Below the pieces are notes generated by a model. That model ran no database searches. It was not told where the DNA came from and worked only from the letters and a program-made list of their open reading frames with translations. The position numbers and the translations under genes are program-made. Source: a virus (Duplodnaviria; Caudoviricetes). Taken from it: a DNA stretch of 58,689 nt. Position 1 is the stretch's first letter. Every line of letters starts with the position of its first letter. The stretch is from positions 1 through 58,689 of IMG/VR virus record IMGVR_UViG_3300010412_000016; one strand, written 5' to 3'. This document shows, one piece after another, positions 47,567 to 56,751 of the stretch.

Positions 47567-48658
47567 ATGATTTTCAAGCGATTTGATACCGACGATATTA
47601 TACAGGGAAATCCCAGTGAAGTAACCACTGGATTGTGGACGGGTGACACAGGAAGTTTGGTTGGATTTATTACCTCGTCAACACAGGTGGCCTCCGATAG
47701 CAGTAAATATTATGTAAATATTTACGATGTTGATGGAGCAGATCAAGAAATACAATTTGCAGTTGCATATGGTCATGCCGAAGGCGGTGGTAGTTCAACA
47801 TTAGCACAAGATGACAATGCCAAACTAGAAACCAAAGTAACTTATTTACAGTATAAAAATTTACTTCTTGACCCAACAGATGATTATTTTACATTCGGAA
47901 CATTTACCTCTAAGCATATCTATGTAGTTAATATACAACGTTCTCGTACTCGTGGCCGTTTGGACGCTGGTAATTGGCAATTGGTGTTGTCTGGGTCTCG
48001 TGGTACCAGTACATTTATTGACGATAGTTTACAGACTCTTGGTGCCAATGTTACGTTTGGCAAATCGGGTCGTGTCTTCAATATCGTATCTGGCTCATTG
48101 ACAGGAGAAAGTGGAAGTACTATTGCTGCAACCAGTTCTTCAAATGCTGGTACATATGGACTTTGTTATCCAGATTTGGGTATATTGGTGTTTAACCCGT
48201 CAGCAATTTCTGAAAGTGTTGGATTTACTGCAAAAACAGAAACTTCCAGTAGTTTGACAAACATGGCCCCAGTCTGGAATACTCCATTTGCTCCATATAC
48301 TGCATCATTGGTCGGCAGTAGTGGTACGTATTATCCACAATATAATCATTGGGCATTTGTTCGTTCAATGCAATTGGCTGGCGATTTCCAAGCTCGTTCA
48401 TCGGAAATTATTTCTTCGACACATTATTTTGTGCGCTTAAGAAATAAAGAATTCAATTATACCAACAACCCATCATTCTACAATCTTTCAAACGGTACTA
48501 TTAATAATGAAGATTTTGTGAACAATCCGAGGGTGTATGTTACCACCATTGGTTTGTACAATGATAACAATGAATTGTTGGCAGTTGGTAAGTTGAGTAA
48601 GCCGATTGAAAAGACTTATGAAAAAGAAGCACTGATTCGTGTTCGTTTAGATTTCTAA
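47567..48658 (+). CDS. baseplate/tail structural protein
   Basis: EFNY.NNPSF...YVTTIGLYND.NELLAVGKLSKP...RVRLDF C-terminus. Confidence 0.7.
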   Translation: MIFKRFDTDDIIQGNPSEVTTGLWTGDTGSLVGFITSSTQVASDSSKYYVNIYDVDGADQEIQFAVAYGHAEGGGSSTLAQDDNAKLETKVTYLQYKNLLLDPTDDYFTFGTFTSKHIYVVNIQRSRTRGRLDAGNWQLVLSGSRGTSTFIDDSLQTLGANVTFGKSGRVFNIVSGSLTGESGSTIAATSSSNAGTYGLCYPDLGILVFNPSAISESVGFTAKTETSSSLTNMAPVWNTPFAPYTASLVGSSGTYYPQYNHWAFVRSMQLAGDFQARSSEIISSTHYFVRLRNKEFNYTNNPSFYNLSNGTINNEDFVNNPRVYVTTIGLYNDNNELLAVGKLSKPIEKTYEKEALIRVRLDF

Positions 48659-48697
48659 GTATTGCTGGCTTAACAACTTAAAAGATTTGTTGGTGAC

Positions 48698-49540
48698 ATG
48701 AGTATAACATTTAAAGCTTTAAGTAAGGATGACTATATTGTAGAACCATATGTTGCCAAAGCTACACAAATTTATGATATAGTTTCTGGATCAATAAGCA
48801 ATCCTCCACAAGTAGCTATAGATCTAGCAGAAGAACCCCCGCTCCTTTGGCCATCTTCCGACGAAGGGGCGGTGGGTTTTATAAACGATTCTGGACGATA
48901 TTCCTATTATATTTGGAAATCGTTACTCCAAACGGTTTATTGGCCGTCTGCGAGTATAGATCAAATTTATGACTACTATCCCTCCGATGCAGTATATGTG
49001 GTTAGCATGGCAGCAGAAGCTATTGGAGATGGTATTTATCCCGGCTCATTTCAGTATTCCTTAGTAGGTCTTAACGATTCAATTGTTGATGATCGTTATG
49101 GAAATTTATATTTAAGTAGCTCTCCGAATACCATATTAGGAAGTATTAATTATACACAGGGATTGGCTGTCATCAAGAAAGATACTGGAACAGGAACTCC
49201 GGGAATTACAACCAGTGGTGTATATTTTAATACATCCAACACTTCACGAGTAACGTTTAAATCAACAACCATCATTTATCAACACACTGCATATTGTAAG
49301 ATGACACCGGCGGATTTTAATTTTACATTAAACCCAACTGCACAGAAACATGTTACGAGTGGAAGCAGCACTGGTTCGTTAGTATATGATATGTTTGATA
49401 CAGGAAGTTTGACTCCATATGTAACGACCGTGGGACTCTACGATCAACAGTATAATTTACTTGCGATAGGCAAAATAGCAAATCCAATCCCACGTTCACA
49501 GTTTACTGAACAAACAATAGTAATTAAATTTGATACGTAA
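48698..49540 (+). CDS. baseplate/tail structural protein, paralog of the preceding gene
   Basis: DFNFTLNPT...YVTTVGLYD..YNLLAIGK.ANP...IKFDT. Confidence 0.7.
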   Translation: MSITFKALSKDDYIVEPYVAKATQIYDIVSGSISNPPQVAIDLAEEPPLLWPSSDEGAVGFINDSGRYSYYIWKSLLQTVYWPSASIDQIYDYYPSDAVYVVSMAAEAIGDGIYPGSFQYSLVGLNDSIVDDRYGNLYLSSSPNTILGSINYTQGLAVIKKDTGTGTPGITTSGVYFNTSNTSRVTFKSTTIIYQHTAYCKMTPADFNFTLNPTAQKHVTSGSSTGSLVYDMFDTGSLTPYVTTVGLYDQQYNLLAIGKIANPIPRSQFTEQTIVIKFDT

Positions 49541-49587
49541 ACCTCATATAATACTATTTATATAGGACTCTTTTGGAGACTTAGGAT

Positions 49588-49968
49588 ATGACACTCCTTG
49601 ATTTATACACACAAAGTAATGCCAAAAACGTAACTGATGCTCGTCAGCAATCGGAGGGTAAATTAACCGTTAATTATTTTGATGGTGAAGCACGTGGACA
49701 GGGTAATAATCAACCCGATTCTGTTCAACGTCAATTTACGGCTCGTCCTGTTGGCCAAAAAACCATTGAATTGTCACAAGAAGACGATCAGACAAAAGGT
49801 ACGTGGCTTGCTCCCGCATTTAATCGTTACCAAGACTTTTTGTCACGAGTAAATCTTCGTAGTTATCGTGGTAAAATAGTACATATTTTTGATCGATATA
49901 ACGATCAATTTGTAAAATTAAACGAAGCAGCACCCGGCGTTATTCGTCGTTATTGGAACGGATTATAA
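49588..49968 (+). CDS. hypothetical protein
   Basis: GGAG/AGGA RBS; late motif at 49555. Confidence 0.65.
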   Translation: MTLLDLYTQSNAKNVTDARQQSEGKLTVNYFDGEARGQGNNQPDSVQRQFTARPVGQKTIELSQEDDQTKGTWLAPAFNRYQDFLSRVNLRSYRGKIVHIFDRYNDQFVKLNEAAPGVIRRYWNGL

Positions 49969-49985
49969 ATTTATAATTTGGAATA

Positions 49986-50031
49986 AACTCTCCTGTAGGC
50001 TCTTGACAGTCTGCGGGAGAGTTCGTATATT
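49986..50031 (+). promoter_or_regulatory. sigma70-type promoter whose -35 sits in the loop of a 15-bp hairpin
   Basis: TTGACA(50003)-N17-TATATT; AACTCTCCTGTAGGC/GTCTGCGGGAGAGTT. Confidence 0.75.
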
Positions 50032-50052
50032 TAATACCATCGGGAGTTATGT

Positions 50053-50418
50053 ATGAAACCACGTTCGGCAAAGTCAAAAGGTCGCCGTCTTCAACAATTG
50101 ATTCGTGAACAAATACTACAGAAGTTTCCAGAATTAGAACCAGATGATGTTAAGGTTGCAATTATGGGAGAATCGGGAGTAGACATTCATTTGAGCCCAC
50201 ATGCCAGACGGCTGTTACCATTGTCTATTGAGGCTAAAAATCAAGAATCACTTAATATCTGGAGTGCATTGCAGCAAGCAGAAGAAAACTGCAAAGATCA
50301 CACATTTCCAGCAGTTGTATTTAAACGGAATCATTCAGAGCAATATATTGCATTGAAATTTGAAGATTTTTTTAAGTTAATACACACAGGAGTAAATTCC
50401 ATTTCGGAAACTTCATGA
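50053..50418 (+). CDS. PD-(D/E)xK nuclease, Holliday-junction resolvase-like
   Basis: SAKSKGRRLQ, MGESGVDI, SIEAKNQE. Confidence 0.8.
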   Translation: MKPRSAKSKGRRLQQLIREQILQKFPELEPDDVKVAIMGESGVDIHLSPHARRLLPLSIEAKNQESLNIWSALQQAEENCKDHTFPAVVFKRNHSEQYIALKFEDFFKLIHTGVNSISETS

Positions 50419-51335
50419 CAGATGCATTGGTTATTTTAGAACGGTTATTGGGAATTTCTTTGAAAACGGCAAAAGGAGAACATCTATTTCATTGCCCGTT
50501 TTGCCTACACAGAAAAAAGAAACTCTCGGTTAATCTCGGAACAAAATTTGGAGTGTGGAAGTGTTGGGTCTGTCATCGGGCAGGCCGAAGACTGACATCG
50601 TTGTTGCATGCTATAAATGCTCCGATAAATGATATTCAGAAAATACGAGAGATTGATCCAGAATACCGAAAGTATTATAAAAGTGAGCCCGATGTTCCAC
50701 AGGTAATTTCCTTACCAACCGAATATATGCCCCTGTGGAAGCCACAACAAACATACAAGTATCGTCATGCGTTGTCGTATTTATTATCACGAGGATTTAA
50801 TGTTAATGATATTTTAAAACATAGAATAGGTTATTGTGAATCTGGCCCATATGCAGACAGATTGATAATTCCTTCCTATGATAAAACGCATCAGTTAAAT
50901 TATTTTGTGTCCCGTAGTTTTTATCCGGATAGTTCGTTTAAATACAAAAATCCTCCCATTAGTAAAAATATAATTGTATTTGAAAATATGATAAATTGGA
51001 AGCTACCCATTGTATTAGTTGAGGGTGTTTTTGATGCAATTACTATTCGTCGAAATGCTATACCGTTGTTGGGAAAGTTTATTGGACATACGTTACTTGA
51101 AACGTTACTTGTACAACGACCTCCTATGATTTATGTGTGTTTAGATAAAGATGCCCAAGAAGATGCTTATGATTTATGTAGTATGTTACGATCATATGGG
51201 TTGGAAGTAAAAAATGTAGCACCATCTGATAAAGATGCTAATGAAATGGGCTTTGATAAAATCTGGAAACAGATTGTTTCGGCTCATGAACCAAGTTTTA
51301 AAGAAACAATACTTCAAAAATTATATGACAGTTAA
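50415..51335 (+). CDS. DNA primase (Zn finger plus Toprim)
   Basis: CPFC.H...CWVC; KYKNP; LVEGVFDA; LDKDA; KDANE. Confidence 0.9.
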   Translation: MTDALVILERLLGISLKTAKGEHLFHCPFCLHRKKKLSVNLGTKFGVWKCWVCHRAGRRLTSLLHAINAPINDIQKIREIDPEYRKYYKSEPDVPQVISLPTEYMPLWKPQQTYKYRHALSYLLSRGFNVNDILKHRIGYCESGPYADRLIIPSYDKTHQLNYFVSRSFYPDSSFKYKNPPISKNIIVFENMINWKLPIVLVEGVFDAITIRRNAIPLLGKFIGHTLLETLLVQRPPMIYVCLDKDAQEDAYDLCSMLRSYGLEVKNVAPSDKDANEMGFDKIWKQIVSAHEPSFKETILQKLYDS

Positions 51336-54300
51336 ATTTAAAATAACAGTTCCGTTTGAAAACCTAAAAACAGTGGCGCACATCTCTGATATTCACATAC
51401 GATTATTTAAGCGGCACGAAGAATATAGAGACAGTTTCAATACACTATATAATCAGTTGCGTCATAAAAATTTACTTAATGATGGTATTATTGTCGTGGC
51501 GGGTGACGTTGTGCATGCCAAAACTGACATGTCACCAGAAATGCTACAGTTGGCATCTGAATTTCTCAGTTCACTTGCCAACATTGCACCAACAATAGTA
51601 ATTGCTGGTAATCATGATTTAAATTTGGCAAACGTTCATAGATTAGATGCACTTACGCCCATCATAGACAACTTACAGAATCCTAACTTACACTATCTTA
51701 AGCGCAGTGGAATTTATCAAATAGCAGATGTTGATTTTGCTGTACATTCTGTGTTGGATGACAAGAGCCTGTGGCCTCTTGTAGATCAATGTACAACCAA
51801 AACTAAAGTTGCCTTGTATCACGGACCCGTGTATGGAGCGTTAACGGACGGAAATTATACCATAACTGATCGACATGTATATGTTGATATGTTTACTGGA
51901 TATGATATTGTCATGTTGGGGGATATACATAAATATCAAATATTGCAAGAACGAGACGAGGAAAAATTACGACCGGTTGTGGTATATTCATCGTCGTTAA
52001 TTCAGCAGAATCACGGTGAAAGTTTGACTGGCCACGGCTGGTGTTTGTGGGATATAGCCACAGCAACTCATCAATTTAAAGAGTTACCCAATCAATACGG
52101 TTACTATACATTAGAAGCAATTGATGGTCGCTTGTCATTCCCAAATTCACTGCCAAATAACGTTCGCTTACGTTTGTTTACCGGTGATGCAGACGAATCG
52201 CTTATTAAAAAGATGGTCAGCTCAATTAGAAAAAAATACAATGTTATTGAACTGAGTGTAAATAGAACTCGTTACGTTCAGGTAAATAAAAAACAACGAG
52301 TAGATTTATTAGATTTCGGTGATTTAACTAATGTAGATATACAAAATTCATTAATTGATTCGTGGCTTAAAACGGCGTATGGAAAACAGATAAGTAATAA
52401 ACTTGCTAAAAAAATATTAGATATTAATAAAAAGTTAAATGGTGAAATTCATCACGAAGATCAGTCTCGTGGAGTACATTGGAAACCACTGGAATTACGA
52501 TTTTCAAATATTTTTTCGTATGGAGAAGATAATGTAATACGATTTGATTCCATGAGTGGAACGTATGGAATTTTCGCCCCAAACGCCAGCGGAAAATCAT
52601 CTTCAATGGATGCGTTGATTTTCGCATTGTTTGATAAGACTCCCCGTGCGTTTAAGGGAAGTGATATCATGAACAATCGTAAATCAGATTTTGACGTACA
52701 GTTAATATTTGAAATTAATGGTTCGCATTATGTTATTCGCCGCCGTGGGACACGGAAGAAAAACGGTGCAGTAAAGGTTGTAGTGGATTTTCTTTTAATA
52801 AACGCAGATGGTTCATTTACTTCTTTAAACGGTGCAGAACGTTCAGATACGAATGCAAATATACGTTCGTTAATAGGGTCGTATGAAGATTTTATATTAA
52901 CCGCTCTGAGTGGGCAAACCTCAAACTCGTTATTTATTGACAAATCTCATTCAGAACGAAAAGATTTGTTAAATCAGTTTATGGGATTAACCATTTTTGA
53001 CAAATTACAAACTCGTGCAAATGATTTATCAAAGGAAGTTCAAGGTGCCCTTCGTAAATTTAAGGGTGATGACTTTACGCAAAGTTTAGCTGATGTTCAA
53101 ATTGATTTGGACAACTATATTACAAATAAACAGATATTAGAAGACCAGAGAAATATTGAAACCGAAAAGTTGCAAAACTTGGACAAACTTATTAATGATC
53201 TGTATCATAAAAAATTGCCCATTGATGGAGATGTAATTGATTTAGAAAGTGAGGAAAGTAAAGTAAAAGAATTTGGTGAAAAAATTGATAGTATAAATAA
53301 GCAGATCGCAGAATTACAAGGAAATATCGTCACAATAGAAAACAAATTGAATAAGTTACCACCTTCAATTTATTCGGAAACAGATGTTTCGAACGCATCG
53401 GAGCGTATTACAAAAATCAATAAGAACTTATCTAAGTTGTCTCAAAAAATAACTAAAGAACAGACGTTATACAATACTATTCTAGAGCGAGTCAGTTGGC
53501 TTGATACACACGAGTATGATGAAAATTGTACATATTGTGTCAATAACATTTTCTTTAAGTCTGCACTACGAGAAAAAGAAGAAATGTTACAACATAAAAC
53601 TGCGGTACAAAATTTAGAAGAAGAGCAAAAGGTATTATTTGAACAACTGTCTAAGGAAGAAGAATTACTGTCAGTTTATAAAGAATCTGTTCTGGTTAAA
53701 ACGGAATCTGAGCGACTGTCGACTAGTAAGTTGAAATTGGAGTTGGAACTACAGCAGAAGTTGGTTTCAATAACTTCTTATGAAAAAGCTATTATTGAAT
53801 CGGAATCAAAGATTACTAAATATAGAATACAAGAAAATGCAATAGTACACAACGAAAGTATAGATGTTGAAATACAAGACTACAAAAATAACAAAGATAA
53901 TATTGTTCTCACCATATCGGATTTGGACAAGAAACTCCGAGAAATTTATGCAGCCATAGAAGTATGCAAAACTAAGAAAGAAGAGTTTTTACGAAAACTA
54001 AGTGAGGCCGAGGAGTTGGAATTGGAGTACGAAGGATACAAATATTATATGGATGCCGTTGGTAGGGACGGTGTTCCATATGAATTGATGACCAAGATCA
54101 TTCCATCTATAGAATCTGAAATAAATAATATTTTAACTCAAGTAGTTGATTTCACTGTGAGTTTGACCGTTGATGATAAAAACATCAACGGTAAGATAGT
54201 ATACGACTACGAACGTCTCTGGCCGCTGGAGAATAGCTCTGGAATGGAGCGGTTTATTACTTCACTGGCAATACGGGTGGCATTAATGAAAGCGTCCAAT

Positions 54301-54510
54301 TTACCAAAACCAAACTTCCTTATATTAGATGAAGGAATGGGTACTTTGGATGCAGATAACCTGACTAGTATGAGTAATTTATTTACAATACTGAAAACAC
54401 AGTTTGATTTCGTGATAATTATCAGCCATCTGGACACCGTTCGGGATATGGTGGATTACATAATTGAACTCAAGAAAGAAGATGGCTATTCTTTCATTCA
54501 ATATGTCTAA
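51325..54510 (+). CDS. fused SbcD-SbcC (Mre11-Rad50; T4 gp47-gp46) nuclease/ATPase
   Basis: SDIH, GD, GNHD, GDIH phosphoesterase motifs; Walker A APNASGKSS; hook CTYC; signature SSGMERF; LILDEG; IISH. Confidence 0.92.
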   Translation: MTVKFKITVPFENLKTVAHISDIHIRLFKRHEEYRDSFNTLYNQLRHKNLLNDGIIVVAGDVVHAKTDMSPEMLQLASEFLSSLANIAPTIVIAGNHDLNLANVHRLDALTPIIDNLQNPNLHYLKRSGIYQIADVDFAVHSVLDDKSLWPLVDQCTTKTKVALYHGPVYGALTDGNYTITDRHVYVDMFTGYDIVMLGDIHKYQILQERDEEKLRPVVVYSSSLIQQNHGESLTGHGWCLWDIATATHQFKELPNQYGYYTLEAIDGRLSFPNSLPNNVRLRLFTGDADESLIKKMVSSIRKKYNVIELSVNRTRYVQVNKKQRVDLLDFGDLTNVDIQNSLIDSWLKTAYGKQISNKLAKKILDINKKLNGEIHHEDQSRGVHWKPLELRFSNIFSYGEDNVIRFDSMSGTYGIFAPNASGKSSSMDALIFALFDKTPRAFKGSDIMNNRKSDFDVQLIFEINGSHYVIRRRGTRKKNGAVKVVVDFLLINADGSFTSLNGAERSDTNANIRSLIGSYEDFILTALSGQTSNSLFIDKSHSERKDLLNQFMGLTIFDKLQTRANDLSKEVQGALRKFKGDDFTQSLADVQIDLDNYITNKQILEDQRNIETEKLQNLDKLINDLYHKKLPIDGDVIDLESEESKVKEFGEKIDSINKQIAELQGNIVTIENKLNKLPPSIYSETDVSNASERITKINKNLSKLSQKITKEQTLYNTILERVSWLDTHEYDENCTYCVNNIFFKSALREKEEMLQHKTAVQNLEEEQKVLFEQLSKEEELLSVYKESVLVKTESERLSTSKLKLELELQQKLVSITSYEKAIIESESKITKYRIQENAIVHNESIDVEIQDYKNNKDNIVLTISDLDKKLREIYAAIEVCKTKKEEFLRKLSEAEELELEYEGYKYYMDAVGRDGVPYELMTKIIPSIESEINNILTQVVDFTVSLTVDDKNINGKIVYDYERLWPLENSSGMERFITSLAIRVALMKASNLPKPNFLILDEGMGTLDADNLTSMSNLFTILKTQFDFVIIISHLDTVRDMVDYIIELKKEDGYSFIQYV

Positions 54511-54552
54511 GTGTAATATTTATAGCATATTAACACTTCATTGTGATATGCT

Positions 54553-56751
54553 ATGTCCCGTATACGAAAAGTTGTTACCAAGCTAAACTTAAAAGACGTA
54601 CCAGTTTATATAACTGATACTAAATCCTACTCAGAATACTTTTCCCTTTCACAGTTTGACAGGTATTTTTATAGTGGTAAGAATGGATTTCTTATCACCG
54701 GTACGTCTTTTCTTGCCCCCCGGTCAGAAATTCTACTGGAACTCATAGACGCTTCTGGAAATCCGGTATTTTTAAACCCCATCACCAATTACTCCGAGGG
54801 CGGTGGTCGGCTTATATCCGTGGAGGTATATGAGAACACACCGGCAGGTCCGGGTATATTGTATATTTTAGGAATTGCACAAACTTTAGCATCCGGCCAA
54901 CCCATTCCAGCTGCTTGGGCCGGTAAATTTAATGTTCGGTGGGCTGTTCCGGTGAACATAGAACCAAGCAGAAAAAACAATTCCATAATACGATTCAAAA
55001 CACACCCCGAGATATTTGTAACTGAGCGGGTGGGAGACAAACAAATTGTTTCCCGAGAGATAATTTCTCAATCTGCAATTCAAATACCCATACAGCCTCA
55101 GTTTGTCAACTCTCGTCAAACGGGATATGTGTTATATCCAACCGAATCTTTTTTCAATAGAGATATGTTGGGTGGAACTATTATTGGAACCATTACAAAA
55201 TTAACCACTACACAATCTATTGTCAATAGTGTTGATTCGTTTGTTTATGTGGAACAAACATGTTCGGTACAACTTCCCATAGATAAAATTTTAAATACCA
55301 CTCGTGCATTTACCAACACCAATATTATAGATCAGAATAATAAAATTTTTCAAGTGTCAATTCTTGAAGATGGTATTTCAAATGTTACACAGAGTGTGGT
55401 GACTCAATCCGCCAACATGTATAAAGTGTGTACTACATCAACATCCCAAAGTAATTTTAGAATAGAATATGAGCGAGATGTTATCAACACCGTTTCGGGT
55501 CAATCCAACGTATTTGCTGATCTTCGAATTATTAATTTAAATACTTTGTCTGGTGAAGTTGCCAGAATAAAAACGTTTGCTAAGGAACCCAAAGCACAAG
55601 GTGACTATTATTTATTGGCCGATACGAAACCCACACCGCAGAATTTCTTTATTAGTGGTGGGGTGATTGACACCGGAATTTTTACAACTGCATCGTTTGT
55701 TGATAATGTGTGGTTTGCAGATCTATCTGGAAGTACTTCATATTTTAGTGGTTCAACAACTTCTTTAGTTGAAATGATTACGGGAAGTACTCCCCGATTG
55801 TTAGATGGAGTAACTTTTAATATTGTTGACCCAGCATTGTCGGGAAGTTATTTTTTTGGAACGCAGGAACCATTATTATTCTTCACCGGTAGTGAATACA
55901 CACTTTCGTATGATGTTATGTATACAAAGGAGTATAATGGACAATCGTATGTCAACGATGGTGCATTAGGCGTATATTTGTATGGAAGTGGTTCGGCTCG
56001 ATCAATTAATGAAACTCCTCTAGGACAATTAATTGACTCAATTTCTTTTACTGGTAGAACAATATCTTTATTTGAAAACCGAGAAGTAAACTTCATTGTT
56101 AAACAAAACGGATATGCGTATCTACGATTCTTGATGAATAATGGATATTTTACTTATAGTAATATAAAATTAAAAACAGCAGAAGAGTTTGGTTTTAATT
56201 CCGACGAAGTGAATATTATAGTTCCAGTAGATACCTATGGTAGCTCTTCATTGATATTTAAAACTGAATTCTATGATATTAACAATAACAACGTTAATCT
56301 GGAAACGTTGTCCGAACCTATCTTTCTTTCTCCCACATCAACGATTGCATTTGGATCTGCATCATATGCTGAAACATCGTCATATACTCCGGGTATTGCA
56401 ACAGTATCGTTTGTCGTTAATGGGGGGAATTATCCAATAACAACGGGATTCAAAGGTTCCGTTCGAATGCCAACAAATGTTGTATTGTCTAATGTTGGAT
56501 TGTATACCAGTGGTTCTGGAAGTGTAAATGTAGACATTCGTAAACAAACCCATGACACATACGAACCATTAAGCTCATCGCCGGTTTCCATTGTTGGCAC
56601 TCCTCTGTCCATGAGTAACGATACCAAATATTTAGATACCACATTGTCTGGGTGGACAACCATTCTATCAACAAATGATATCTTAAACTTTTTTGTTACC
56701 GAAGCAGATGGTGCAGAATTAAAAGTGGTTACTGTTTATTCGTTATGTTAA
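54553..56751 (+). CDS. virion structural protein (tail/baseplate-associated)
   Basis: S/T/G-rich beta protein; late motif at 54517; the C-terminus looks clipped. Confidence 0.65.
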   Translation: MSRIRKVVTKLNLKDVPVYITDTKSYSEYFSLSQFDRYFYSGKNGFLITGTSFLAPRSEILLELIDASGNPVFLNPITNYSEGGGRLISVEVYENTPAGPGILYILGIAQTLASGQPIPAAWAGKFNVRWAVPVNIEPSRKNNSIIRFKTHPEIFVTERVGDKQIVSREIISQSAIQIPIQPQFVNSRQTGYVLYPTESFFNRDMLGGTIIGTITKLTTTQSIVNSVDSFVYVEQTCSVQLPIDKILNTTRAFTNTNIIDQNNKIFQVSILEDGISNVTQSVVTQSANMYKVCTTSTSQSNFRIEYERDVINTVSGQSNVFADLRIINLNTLSGEVARIKTFAKEPKAQGDYYLLADTKPTPQNFFISGGVIDTGIFTTASFVDNVWFADLSGSTSYFSGSTTSLVEMITGSTPRLLDGVTFNIVDPALSGSYFFGTQEPLLFFTGSEYTLSYDVMYTKEYNGQSYVNDGALGVYLYGSGSARSINETPLGQLIDSISFTGRTISLFENREVNFIVKQNGYAYLRFLMNNGYFTYSNIKLKTAEEFGFNSDEVNIIVPVDTYGSSSLIFKTEFYDINNNNVNLETLSEPIFLSPTSTIAFGSASYAETSSYTPGIATVSFVVNGGNYPITTGFKGSVRMPTNVVLSNVGLYTSGSGSVNVDIRKQTHDTYEPLSSSPVSIVGTPLSMSNDTKYLDTTLSGWTTILSTNDILNFFVTEADGAELKVVTVYSLC

